Assembly: GCA_965644295.1 (NCBI GenBank)
Contig: CBFFRP010000433.1
Coordinates: 248,001-312,000 of the forward strand
Length of the DNA stretch: 64,000 nt
Direction: 5' to 3'
DNA from: Paraphysomonas bandaiensis
Lineage: Eukaryota > Protista > Chrysophyceae
Shown: positions 37,881 through 50,114 of the stretch, piece by piece
Position numbering within the stretch: position 1 is the stretch's first letter
Layout: each line of letters begins with the position of its first letter
Made by a program: the position numbers and the translations under genes
The notes under the pieces: generated by a model
The model's database searches: none
What the model was told of the DNA's origin: nothing
Seen by the model: the letters and a program-made list of their open reading frames with translations, nothing else

Positions 37881-39282
37881 ATGTTTTCAAGTCATTATCA
37901 AGATGGTGATGCTGGTATAGAGGTTTTAACAGCCTCTGGTAAGACACGATCTACAGGTTGGCATATAGGACCCTCTGTACACCGTGTATACGATAAAACA
38001 GTTAAAGGATTCGTTTATCTGCTTGAAAAACCCACTCATGCTGTAATGCATATACCTGAGAAGGGGAAAGCAACACTTGGATTGCGACAGATGTATCTGG
38101 TGATACAGATGCGGTGTAGTGGTAGTAAACCCGTCACTATGGAGATCGTTACATTAGACACCACTGGAAGAAAACATCGATTCCATTTTTCTTCTAAGTT
38201 TCGTGAATCTGACTCTAAAGCATTACATGCGCAGATTCCTCTTAGAGCGAAGTGTGAGTGGACTCACATTATTTTGAACCTGGCCGAACTATCCACTGAA
38301 CATTTCGGCGTCAAGTATGCCAGCGTCGACTCCATTTGCCTATCTCCTTGCTGCCGTATTCGAAAAGTATTCACTGTACCCTCTGTATTAATAACGGGAG
38401 ATATGTATGACTGTCCAGCGGTGTTCGACTTTCCTGCTGGGACAAACGCCACTTGGATGGTGGGGACTGCATATTTTGCTGAACCGACAAACTAATTTCC
38501 TGCTTTTGTAGATTCTCCCGGAGCCACCATCTGTCAAAATAGAGGAGCAACCGGAATTGCTGGTTAGTGCGGCACCTAGCCGGTCGGAGCCTGCGCGTAG
38601 TGTCAGTGCGAAAAAGAAAAGGGCTGCCCTAGTTGCTGTGAGAGAACGGCATAAAAATGAAACTCCAGTCTCTGGAAATGCAGATATGCAGGAGAAAGTG
38701 GCTAATCAAATTCAACCAACGAATAACGATGACATTGATTTCGAGGGTATGGTTCGGAGAGAAGAGATGAAAGAAATTAAAGCGAGTGAAACAAATGTTA
38801 GGGCTGAGGATGATATAGAAGTGCAGTATGATGAGGTTGAAGTAAGGGGAAGTGAGGAGGCCCCACCTTCTCCTGTATTAGTTCTCTCGCCAATAGGGGG
38901 TAACCCATGGAAGTCTAGTATACTTTCCCCTCCTCGATCTGCTCGGCTTGGACAGCATAGAAGTCCTCTCTCTTCGCACACTTTTAACGGCACTGAGGTC
39001 GGAAGTGACTGTACTCCTGACAGGGAGCGCAGAGAGAGGATAAAGGTTGTTCCGACGATACCACCGTCTCCGCCCCATACTAGCTCGGTTGAAGCTGACA
39101 ATATCGTCCCTCCAATGGAAACAGAAAACAGCGATCGCGGCAGGCAAGTGCTGATAAATAGGGAGCGCAGTGCCATGAATCACGGAGCTATATATGAATT
39201 AGAAAAGGTTTTAGACAAGATTGAGATGGAATTTATCGATGAGTATGGAGGAGACGAGTTTGCAAGATTAGTGCAGTCGTAA
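37881..39282 (+). CDS. CFAP20 (DUF667) domain protein with disordered C-terminus (CFAP20DC-like); intron about 38460-38511
   Basis: MFSSHYQ.G...EV, YDKTVKGFVY, LGLRQMYLVIQ, RFHFSS, LHAQIPL, W..I.LNL and CRIRKVFT match the CFAP20 domain. Confidence 0.85.
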
Positions 39283-39423
39283 AATGATATATCTGTAGTG
39301 ATCAGTAAGTAGTTTTTCCACGCTTGATGTATCTAATGTATTATACTATTGATTTGTTTTAGCGTTCTAACTATTCGCTCGCAACAAGCTGATAGTGTAC
39401 TTCGTATGAAGCAATATTTCACA

Positions 39424-40454
39424 TATTGAATGTCTTTGGATTTAGCAATAGGCGTTGAAAACCTGCACTAATTAGCTAATTAGTGGCTAGAAGAATACTA
39501 GACATACTATTTAAACCTCTACCCGTAACTAATCAATACAAACTCTTTTATCCTACTATTTAACGCTACAGAAGCTGCTTGTGCGTCGCCGCAAGCACCA
39601 AGGTGCGATCACTTCCTCCGTTCTTAGTGTGTGTTATAAGGCTCGCCATGATCGTGTGTCCTGGGACTCACCGGCGCGTGTGATCTGGAGGTCTCCCCTT
39701 GGGATGAGACTCCACTGTGTTAGGAGTTGGCTCAGGGTTTTGTATAGGGTTTTGTATTAATCTCCTGAGTGTACCGAGTTCTAGGTGAGTGGGCTGTGAG
39801 TTGGATAGAGTGGTGCGAGGAGGCGTTGAAAGTATGGGTACTGCTGCTGTGCTCTTTTTGGACATCGGGAGTAGATGGAGTTGCCGGAGACGGCGCCTTT
39901 GTGGGGGTCTGGACGGTGATAAATTCGTTTGGATTAGATCGGTGGGATTTGTGTGTGAGGCTGGAGGTGGCGCAGTCGCAGGTCTTCTGTGGACCCCTAG
40001 TAATCGTAGCACTCTCGGACGTTTCTGACGCGGTCGCGTGGGTAACCTAGGGAGTCCTTTGTGTAGAGTGATATAACGGCGGCCGCGATCCTGTAACATT
40101 AGCTTAGCTGCAGCAGAAAGCAGTTGAAGTAGATCAATAACCGCTGTTTCTAGGTTTTGAAGACTTTGTGCCGTCATGGAGATGTGTACGTGGTCTCCAA
40201 AGATCGTTTCAAGTTGGGCTGTTGTGATGGTTCCGGTCCAGTATCTCTCCACCTGCAGGATGGAGGGATTCCAGGCCCTACTGGAGAGTCTCTGTAGCGC
40301 ATTTATGACCCAGTGGGGTTGGGTCTGCTCTCTTTGTATATTTTGGAGAGCATTTACTTCATTTGAAAGGCAGCCTCCCTTAACTGGATGATGGAATCAT
40401 GTGTGCAGTCTAGGCACATGTGTTTGAGAGAGTCCAGGCGAAAACCACAGTCAG
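39424..40454 (-). mobile_element. 5'-truncated non-LTR retrotransposon (LINE) 3' end, 1031 bp
   Basis: Exact 11-bp TSD AATATTTCACA (39413-39423, 40455-40465). It begins inside a CCHC knuckle (xSDCGFRLDSLKHMCLDC) and continues with one frameshift (..ERYWTGTI..) to a stop at 39668. The roughly 240-nt 3' UTR has no poly(A). Confidence 0.85.
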
Positions 40455-41063
40455 AATATTTCACAACTTTTGTAAAGCTAAAATTCGATAAAATGCTAGT
40501 AAAGTAGAAGCGTATCCTACTATATACTAGAAAATCTTGCAATACATAGTTGTAGGAGTTCCATCCATACTATTTTTACCCCCTGTTACTAATCCTCATT
40601 ACTAATCTATTGATCTATTGTTTACTAGATCCTGGAACTCATCTAAACTAAACGCTAAATAGTGATTCGTAACAATACAAGTCATAAATGTAGATCTGAT
40701 GATTAAACAGCAATATGCAAGTAATACTTGATGAATGTAACAGTGAAGAATACGACATTCATAGCGTGAAACGGAGTGTGAGTAGCTGCTGCTCCATAAG
40801 TTGTAAGTTACCAATAAATCAATAATTCCGAAAATTGATGAACTTTTCCCACATCAGATTCGAACTACTATTGCTACACATATTGCTCGAGTGTGGACAA
40901 ACGCACTGAATTACTGTGCATTACCCTCTCTAAATATATACTACTAGCGCATAGTTGTTCGTACAGAAGCGTCAAATCTACTTAAGATTACTTAGTCGTA
41001 GGCAAACATGCTATGACTACATCATGTGGAGCATCAATAAGACACCCACTGCAACTAAACGAA

Positions 41064-43156
41064 TTAATCGACCTTAATAGCGCCGTAGATCTTGCGGACA
41101 AACCAAAGACAAGCAAAAAATCCGATTGAGCCAGTGACCATCATGAAGGTGATGGAGATCATAGACATGTACGCAAAATACAAGACAGTGGGCACAAACC
41201 CCTCGATGTCTAGCTTGGACATGTAGTACCACACGGAGTAGAGGAACAGGTACACACCAGAAGAACCAGCAGAAAGGTAAGAACGCCACCACCAGCGGTA
41301 GTCCTCATTACAAAGTTGAAAGTAGCACATAACGATAGTGATCTCCGCGCAAGTGACAACCAGGATGATCAGCACCACGAACAAAAATCCGAAAACAAAA
41401 TAGAGCTACACAATCGGTCAGTATTAAAGTCAAGGAAGACAGACATGTGTACCTGGTGCAGCCACATCGCGGACATGATGAAGAACAGCTCGATGCATAC
41501 TGCACCAAAGGGAAGAACACCACCTAGAGCGACGCTGAAAATTGGGTTAGTGTACCACACTTGATCTGGTATATGCCTTGCAATCTGGTTTGTGCGGACA
41601 GGTACATCGATGGTCTCTTTCTTGAAGCCGAAGTAGCTACCGACAAATACAAGAGGAGTGCTGACTCCGAACCACAGCAACAGGACAGAGAGAAGGGTGG
41701 TGAGAGGAGCCGCTGTGGATGATCCCTGTTGGGATACAACCACGTTGGTTCCTACGAATATAACTCCCATGATGAGGGGATAGAGAAGAGCCGTGAGGAC
41801 AGTATTGCGTTTCCACTCCTTGCCATGGAATAGTTTGTATACCCGCGCAGACCAGTAGCCGGCACAGGAGCCCATAAAAACGAATATCAGCAAGAGAGCA
41901 GTCAACAAACTCCCTCTATTTGAGGGGGAGAGAAGGCCAAGGAGAGCACAGCCCATGGTGAAGCAGGTCATGGCTAAGAGTTGAACCCCTGTGCCTGCTA
42001 GTACCGAAAGGAGCATAGGAGAGAATGCGGGAGGACGGAAAACATCGCCGTGTACCAGCTTCCAGCCGGACTCTTCCTGGGCCTCTTCTAGGGTCTGCAT
42101 CTCGTTATACGTTGAGATGTCCTTGCGTAAGGTACGCAACATGATCATTGCGACCACTCCAGTGAGGAATAATACGATCATGAGCGAATTCACTATAGAG
42201 AAATAATGGATTTCGTCGTCGGGATTGCCTTTGAGGTACACGTCCCATCTATTCGACCAAAGCAGATCCGATGGTTCCCACTTCACGTCATAAGTGTATA
42301 TCACCTGTGGTAAATGAATAAGTTATATACGCAGGCGAACTAAGACGGAACATACCTCGTCCGGTGAATCCACACCCTGGAACTTCTCGGGATTGTGTAC
42401 AGCAGGACTGAACTGGTTGCAGGTCTTCAAAACTGTGTCAGTTTTGTCGAAGTCGGCCTTTGCCTCATCATACTCATGCTTAATAGAGAAAGGAACAACC
42501 TCGAATCCCACGATCCGGCTACCTTCGTAATTCGCAGGATCTTCCGCATAGCGGACAATAATCCGAACGTGATTGTACAGGAAGTGATGAGCCTTGGATC
42601 CACTCTTCGCAACAAAACCAACCGGGTACCCACGGGTGACGTAACCCAACTCATCATTGCGAACAGCAACGGGAAGTCCATCCAATAGCCAGTGTACGCG
42701 GTATTCCTGGTCAATCATCTGGCGGAATTTCATCATATCGTCCTTTTTGTGATTTTTTCGACACAAGATGACACAGGATTCATCTTGTTTCATGCGAAGC
42801 TGCAAAAGATAATTACTCCAACAACAATGCATCGATCTATACTCACAATATACGGCGATGTTGTCTCTTTATCACCAGATAGTCTCTCCCCCAAATTATC
42901 AGCCTTTCCTTTCGTGTGTTTGCGTTTGCAAAATGGCAAATCATAATAATCAAACGGCACCTGAGCCTTTGTAGACGTGACTTGATTAGCCTTCAAAGCA
43001 ACCTATCAAGAGTGTGAGTAATAAATCAGAGGATACATAGTGACATACATGATCCCCTGTTTGAAATGATGACACTGTAACTCCAGGGAGATTATAGGCA
43101 CTGCCTGCCAACAACAGACTACTAACTACTGCAATTAACACATTAGCACGGAGCAT
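41064..43156 (-). CDS. Transmembrane 9 superfamily protein (TM9SF2/4, EMP70-like), 5 exons
   Basis: Signal peptide MLRANVLIAVV..AYNLPGV, NLGE.L.GD, IHYFSIVNS, EESGWKLVHGDVFRPP, PVRTNQIARHIP, EDYRWWWRS and C-terminal IKVD. Confidence 0.96.
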
Positions 43157-43297
43157 CTTCCTAAGAGATGCGAATCAAAACACCGAGCCTACGAAATTAA
43201 CCAGCACCTTGTACAGGGATGTACTGGCTATCCACAGGATTGATTGAATATATGACACCTCTGCATCACAACCAACTCCTCCTACACTGCATGCATG

Positions 43298-43496
43298 CAT
43301 ACATACATACATACATACATACATACATACATACATACATACATACATACATACATACATACATACATACATACATACATACATACATACATACATACAT
43401 ACATACATACATACATACATACATACATACATACATACATACATACATACATACATACATACATACATACATACATACATACATACATACATACAT
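43298..43496. repeat. (CATA)n microsatellite, about 50 units
   Basis: Perfect tetranucleotide run between the TM9SF and REV1 start codons. Confidence 0.98.
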
Positions 43497-43672
43497 GCAA
43501 AGAAGGTTGTTGGAAATTGAAGTGGGTGGTAAGATATGTATATGTATATGTATATATATATGGGGGGTTGAATTCTTCACACTCTATGAGGGGTATGCAT
43601 AGCATCACTCTACCCCCTACTCATTCTACTACACAACTCATAGTATGACTTAACTCCCTATCATCCTGACAT

Positions 43673-46600
43673 ATGTCAGAGGGATCAAATCCAATAGCAT
43701 CTCATCATGGAGGAGATGGACGGATGTATATGTCTAATAAGATAATTAAATTACAAAATCCAGTTCATGGATATAAAGTTATATCAAATATATTTAAAAA
43801 TTGTTATATATTTGTGAATGGTTATACTGATCCTCCACGTAATGAAGTTGAAAGATTAGTTACTATGCATGGTGGACACTTTGATTCATATCAAACATCC
43901 AGAACCACACATTTTGTATGTGATGTATTTCCGAATGCTAAATTAAAGCAATTGAGAAAACATAAACGTACTGGAATTCGATATGTTACCACACAGTGGG
44001 TATTGAAATCTATTGAGTCACGATGTCGAGCACCTGAAGCTGAATTCCTTCCAAAGGGATTAGCTGGTCAACACGGAGTCGGTATTGCGTCATTTGTTCG
44101 ATCATCTCATGATTCCGTTCCGACCTCTTCTGATTCAGAGAGTGCGAGTATTCCTCGGTCGTTACCGCCGACATTGGCCACTGAGTCTGCACAAGCGGCT
44201 CCAACATCGCTCCCACCTCAGCATGGGACATCCAACCAACCGTCCCGCCGAGTCACATCCGACGATCCTGATTTCATACATAACTATTTTGAATCATCCC
44301 GTCTACATTTTATTGGCTCCTGGAGAGCACGGCTTCCAGCGCTACTTGCTTCTGTAGAAAGTGAAAGTACCTTGGATGAATATGAGCAGATGAATGATGC
44401 AACTTATACTAGCGGCAATGGAGACGAGCGTGTTGTACTACATGTAGATATGGACTGCTTCTTTGTCAGCGTACTCTTGAGAGGCAGGTAATTGTTAATT
44501 CTATGTTTTAGTAAATGCAGTGATTGAATTGTAGGGAAACAGAATTTCCAGATGGCACACCAGTGGCAGTAGCGCATAGTAAAGGCGCAGGATCCAGCGA
44601 GGTATCCTCCTGCAACTACGCCGCTCGGGCACGGGGAGTATCCGCTGGAACCTTCATGTCCACTGCCAAGGAGCGGTGTCCTGAGTTGCGAGTGGTTCAT
44701 TATGACTTCAAACAGTATGAGGAAGTTTCGGAGCAGATATACCGGATCTTCTTCTCCACCGTATCCAGGCGAGGAGGGATATCTGGGGGAGCACTAAAGG
44801 TTCAGCCAGTGTCAGTGGATGAGGCTTTCATAGAATATCCAACTGGGAGAGACGGGCTAGCAGCAGCAGCTGATTTGCGTCAAAGAATACATGGAAAAAC
44901 AGGATGTACAGCCAGTGTCGGTGTTGGCCCCAATATGCTTATTGCTCGGTTGGCCACGAAGAAAGCCAAGCCGGATGGGCAACACCGGGTAATGTCTGTT
45001 GAGATGAGGGAGTTTCTATCGAAAACCTTACTGAAGGATCTTCCTGGTGTGGGGTGGCGGCTTGGGCGGAATCTGTCTGAGAGGGGGTATACTACATGTG
45101 AGGAACTGTGGCCTGTGCCCGAAGAAGCTCTCCAGGAGTGGTTCGGAAGAGCGATGGGTCGACAGCTGTTCAATTGGTGCCGAGGGAGGGATGACAGAGA
45201 GCTCACACCAGTTGCTGAGCGGAAGTCTATTGGTAATCATTTTTGCAGAATATATATTTTTCACAACATATGGGTCGGTGTATAATCACAGGTGCTGAAG
45301 TTAACTGGGGGCTGCGATTCACAGAAGTTAAAGAAGTAGAAGTTTTTCTCTCGAAGTTATCTGACGAAGTTTCGAAACGGCTGGAAGAGGTATTGTTAAT
45401 TCTTTTCCCGTCTATATATTTTATTTGTTTGTGTTAGGCTTGTGTTAAAGGGAGAACAATCACTCTGAAACTAAAGAAGCGAAAAGCAGACGCTGACGCT
45501 CAGACCGCGAAATATCTAGGCCATGGCCGGTGTGACAACATGAGCAAGTGCGTTCAGTATTGTATGTCTGCATTTTTTATTGTACTATAGGTCTGTGACT
45601 GTACAGAGTGCTATGTCATCCGGTGCCAGTATATCTTCCAGAGTGATAGCTCTCTTCCGAACTCTGCAGTCTAGGGTGCCTCCCGAAGATGTTCGGGGAT
45701 TGGGCATACAAGTATCTCGCCTGCAACCTTTAGTGCCAAATAAGCACAAGCCTACAGAGCCACAAGATGCTTCGCTACGCCATTGGGTGAGTACACGTGT
45801 GGCGGATAGTTGCGCTGCTTCTTCAGAAGCAGAGTCAATCAGTGGACGCGGTCATGTACGAGTGCAGCACGAGGACTCTTCCAACTCTAGTAGTGCTACA
45901 GTGCAATCAGAATCACAAGGGGAATACCTGGTGCCCTCTCAAGTTGATCCCTCGGTACTTGATGCACTTCCAGCGGATATTCAGCGTGCGGTGGCGAGGA
46001 GTAGAGGGCGGAAGAGAAAGTCGTTGGCTAGTCTTGCGGGGTGCTTAGACGACAGGACAGAATGCATTGGTGAAAAAGTGCAGAATAGACGGATGGACAA
46101 CGCGAAAGAAATAGGAAACCGTAGTATTGATACGGCCGACACTATTGTGAGTACCTCTACTGTAGGTAACGGTGGATTTTCTCTATCCCAGCAGGTAAGA
46201 CTATGCGTGATTTTCATGGAGAAATTGATTCTGTACAGGCGGAATTTTTGTCGAGTATGCCACCAGAACTGATGGATGAAGTGTGGCAGGAGATGTGCGC
46301 ATCGTATCAGCAGTCTTCCTCGTCTCGTCTCGAGATGGATGGGGAGAAAAAATCTGGGATGAAGATTGAGAATTATTTGACCTCAGAGTGCTCCCGGCAA
46401 AGCAACGATAGTTGCGATATGGTGGCTACTGACTCCCCCCAACATGCAGGTGACGGCTTGGGAAGAGCACCGAGCGAACTCCTTCCACATTTATGGACTG
46501 GGGTTGATGCTCTAGAAGAGACTCTCGAACAGTGGATATGGCCATCTCACAAGTGTAGCGGACTCGAATTAGGTGATATGCAAATTGCCGCTTTGGTTTC

Positions 46601-46849
46601 GTTTGGCGCTTGGCTTGTACAAAGCAAACAAGTTGATAAGGTGTGGGTTCTGCTCCTATTGGCTTATATCAGTAATATTTATGTTATGCGCAATTCATCG
46701 TATAGGCATTATCCTTGATAAAAACTATACGTCGAATCAAAAGAAGGAGCCAGTATTTTAGATGGTGGTACAAAGCGGAAGAAGATACCACTGAGGCGGT
46801 ACAGTTAGCTTCCAAGATGATATACTTCTGTGAAGTCGATACCAAGTAG
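43673..46849 (+). CDS. REV1: DNA repair protein REV1 (Y-family deoxycytidyl transferase), about 6 exons
   Basis: N-terminal BRCT (FKNCYIFVNGYTDP..HGG..TTHF..WV), SRLHFIGSW, HVDMDCFFVSV, SCNYAAR, VSVDEA, RKSIGAEVNWG, KYLGHGRCDN and UBM-like SQVDPSVLDALPADI. Confidence 0.95.
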
Positions 46850-47159
46850 ATGTACTTGCTGGTGACATATAGGACACAGCTGTTAGATTTAGAGCAACAT
46901 ATATTTTGCTTTCTTTTGGATTTTATAAATACAGGAGTATTGACAATTAGCCGAGTATGTATTATGTATTGTGTGTTAGATTAACGACTATTCGTATTTC
47001 AGTTGGAAAGATACTACCAGTTCTAACCCTCCCTTTTCTTTTCTTTTCTGCTGGCAGCATCACTCTTTCTCGTTCTTCTGTATACTCCAGGATGTTAGAA
47101 AGTGACATTTTTAGTAATAAGACCTTCGTTAACACTTATATAGAATATTATATAATTAT

Positions 47160-47830
47160 CCCCATTTTGTCTCAAAAAATGCCTTTTTTTGACCTGATTT
47201 GGGCTCAACAGGGCGCTCATATCAGCACCGGGAAAATATAGACATTCAACTTCAATATTCGGTTGAACAGAAGCTCACTTCTATCTTCATTATGATAATG
47301 ACAGTCGAATGTACGTGATTTCATTATAGTACACAATTATAGAGAAACCACAATCATGAGCGAAATACCAAAAGCAGATCATCTAACACTCCAGGTTATA
47401 TTCCATCTCATATCATACACACATCCTTCGATAAGGTGCACTTGCAGAGGTAAAGCCTGCTGTACTATATAAATGTGATAATGATGCTAATTAAGGCAAT
47501 AACAAGCCTCTCTTTCATCTTCAACTGTTTACATTTATTATCACACTTACAGTATACATATCATTCATTTAAAACTATATGAGTTCTCATTTGTGTTATT
47601 CATGTTAATCAAGGAACATCTATTTCTTAATACAGCAAGCATGCTACTAATAGCTATTATACAATCTAATAGTAACTTTTCAACGTCATGAGGATAAGCT
47701 ACAATTTAACCTAGGGATAAGGAGTATCGTCCCTTGTCTAAATTTTAAAACTCGGGCTTTTCGCCCTCGTTTCAAAATTTTGAGCGCGGGACGATATAGC
47801 CTCCTTATTGCCCGTGGTTAAATATAACTA
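47160..47830. mobile_element. 671-bp non-coding insertion in the copia 3' LTR, ending in a roughly 130-bp imperfect hairpin
   Basis: Absent from the sister LTR; TAT (or TA) is duplicated at the junctions. 47697-47830 folds back around GGGC-TTTTC-GCCC. Confidence 0.85.
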
Positions 47831-49437
47831 TATGAGAGTTACCATACTTCATTCATTGACATTCACCAACTCTTTTTATCTCTGCTACACCAACCATTTC
47901 TAGTACGATCTTACATCGTCACTATCTTGTACAGTCAGTATATTTCAGTTTCATCACTACAATGGCTATCATATTATTGGTTCTCATACTACAGCTAGCT
48001 ACTACTGTATTCTTTGAGTAACGGATATAATTCTAATATCTTGGAAACTACAGCTTTTAATTGCTCACAAACAGCAAAACTCAACACTCCCTCTCAATTC
48101 AAAGCTGTAAAACATGGCATAACTGACGGATACGCAACCACCGAAACCATATAGGACAAACAGGTGGACGTCTGGCTCCGACGTTTCAGCTAGCCTCTCC
48201 GTAGACAACACGTTTATGAGCCTCTGTTTCGTTTGTATGAATTCTCTCTGATGACGTCCACAGATGACTTCTGATCTTCTCCTAGACATCTCTTTCTATG
48301 CTTCTCATATATAACCCCACACAAAGATTTCGTAAATATGTCTGCAGTCTGGTTATCAGTTCCAACGTGATACAATATCGCAGTGTTAAAACGTCCTTCT
48401 GGATCTACATGTTCACGCACCCAGTGGTATTCGATTTCAATGTGTTTTGATCTTTTGTGGAACACTGGATTTAATGCTAGATCACGAGCACTCTGGCTAT
48501 CTAGAAGAATGGAGTGGGTTCGTACAGTCGAAGTCCCAATTCGGCCAACACCCCCCGAAGCCACACCAGTTCTTGCATGCCAGCGTACATAGCTTGGTAC
48601 TCACTCTGCATTGAAGACGTAGACACAGTAACTTGTAAGATTGATTGCCAGGTGAGTGGTCCACCTGCTGCAAACACAATGTATCCAGTTGTCGACCTTC
48701 GTGACACAGTATCGCCTGCCCAGTCAGCATCTGTGAAAATATGCATGTCAAAGCTCTTACCACTGAACCGAATACCTTTCCGCACAGTACCCCTGATGTA
48801 TTGTAACAAATAAGTCATCAACTTGCATGTAGCCTTTGCAGGTTTCGAAGCATATCGCGACAATAGGCCAACAGTATACGCAATATCTGGACGCGTATTC
48901 ATTGATAGATATAGCATGGCACCTAGTAAGCTACGATAGGGATAATTGTCGACTCCCTCTTCCTCCTGAGATGAGTTCTCACTATCAGTGCAATTAATCC
49001 TGTCCATGGCATCTACAGGTAGTGGAGATTTGCGAACTTTGTTTGAAGGTCCAAGGAATGCTGCATATTTGCTGAGATTTTTTTCAGCGTATGTCGATTG
49101 GTCAAGTTGAATATATTTCTTGGTCCTTGTAACTCGAACGTTGAGAAACTCCTTGGTGGCTATATCTGATAATGTCAGAACATATTTATATCCTTGTCTG
49201 GATGGGCAATTGAAATATACAGCAATGTCCACAGAAATCTTCTCAAGGAACTCTGTAGCTTGCAGTTCGTCATCTCTCTTTGCGGTGAATGATTTCCTTG
49301 TCATCTTTGATTTCGTGCAAGCTTTACAAATACCTTTCATTTTTCGTAAACTCTTCTTGCTGAGATGTTGTCGGGTTAATCCGCTCCCGGTAAAAAGTCT
49401 GTGTTTAAACGCTTCAATCAGCTTATGTTTGCAACGA

Positions 49438-49584
49438 AGAAATTTCCTTCATACGGTCAAGAAGGAGGATGGAGATATACAGACAACCAGAGCTGGATCC
49501 AGTTTCCTCATAGTGTAAACTGGATCCAGCTCTGGTTGTCTGTATATCTCCATCCTCCTTCTTGACCGTATGAAGGAAATTTCT
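49438..49584. repeat. Perfect 68-bp inverted duplication (11-nt loop) inside the defective copia
   Basis: 49438-49505 is the exact reverse complement of 49517-49584, at the junction where the protease-to-integrase linker is missing. Confidence 0.95.
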
Positions 49585-49820
49585 GTCCTTAACGATGAAC
49601 AGTTTATCAGAGGCACAGCTGTCTAAATACACGGGTTCATCGGAAGTGTGTAGCACCTCTTCAGAGACACATGAATCATCATGCGGTTCCTCATACATAA
49701 TCATGTTCACAGAGTCCGAATCTTCCTCTTGCTCCTCTCTCCGCAAAAAACGATTCCAATCTGTGCGTTTTGCAGGCTTTTCGTCGAAAAATGGCCGGTT
49801 TTTGTCTCCTTGTGCAGAGT

Positions 49821-50114
49821 CACTAACAAAAAATATAAAAAACATGGAAAAAATACATGCAAAAAATTTAAAATAAATAAACTTTTTACATTTTTTTTTA
49901 TAAATTTTACAGGGGGGGACTTGCAATTTCTAAATTTGTTTTAAAATTACCTGCTTTTTACAAAAGTTAAACTTTTTAATTTTTAAAATAGAAAAAAACA
50001 ATTTTCAATTTTTTTATGAAATTTTTCACACAAAAAAACAAAAAATATAAAAAACATGGAAAAAATACATGCCCAAATTTTAAAATTTTTTGAAAAGCAG
50101 CAATACGTACAGTG
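49821..50114. mobile_element. Very AT-rich insertion in copia gag; boundaries approximate
   Basis: A block of A/T homopolymers interrupts Gag after the second zinc knuckle. It has a 36-bp internal direct repeat aacaaaaaatataaaaaacatggaaaaaatacatgc and possible CACT...AGTG ends. Confidence 0.55.

Noticed and set aside
43175-43648. ORFs of repeating MYVC / HTYI (also at 60726-61386)
   Set aside because: They are translations of (CATA)n/(TATG)n microsatellites.
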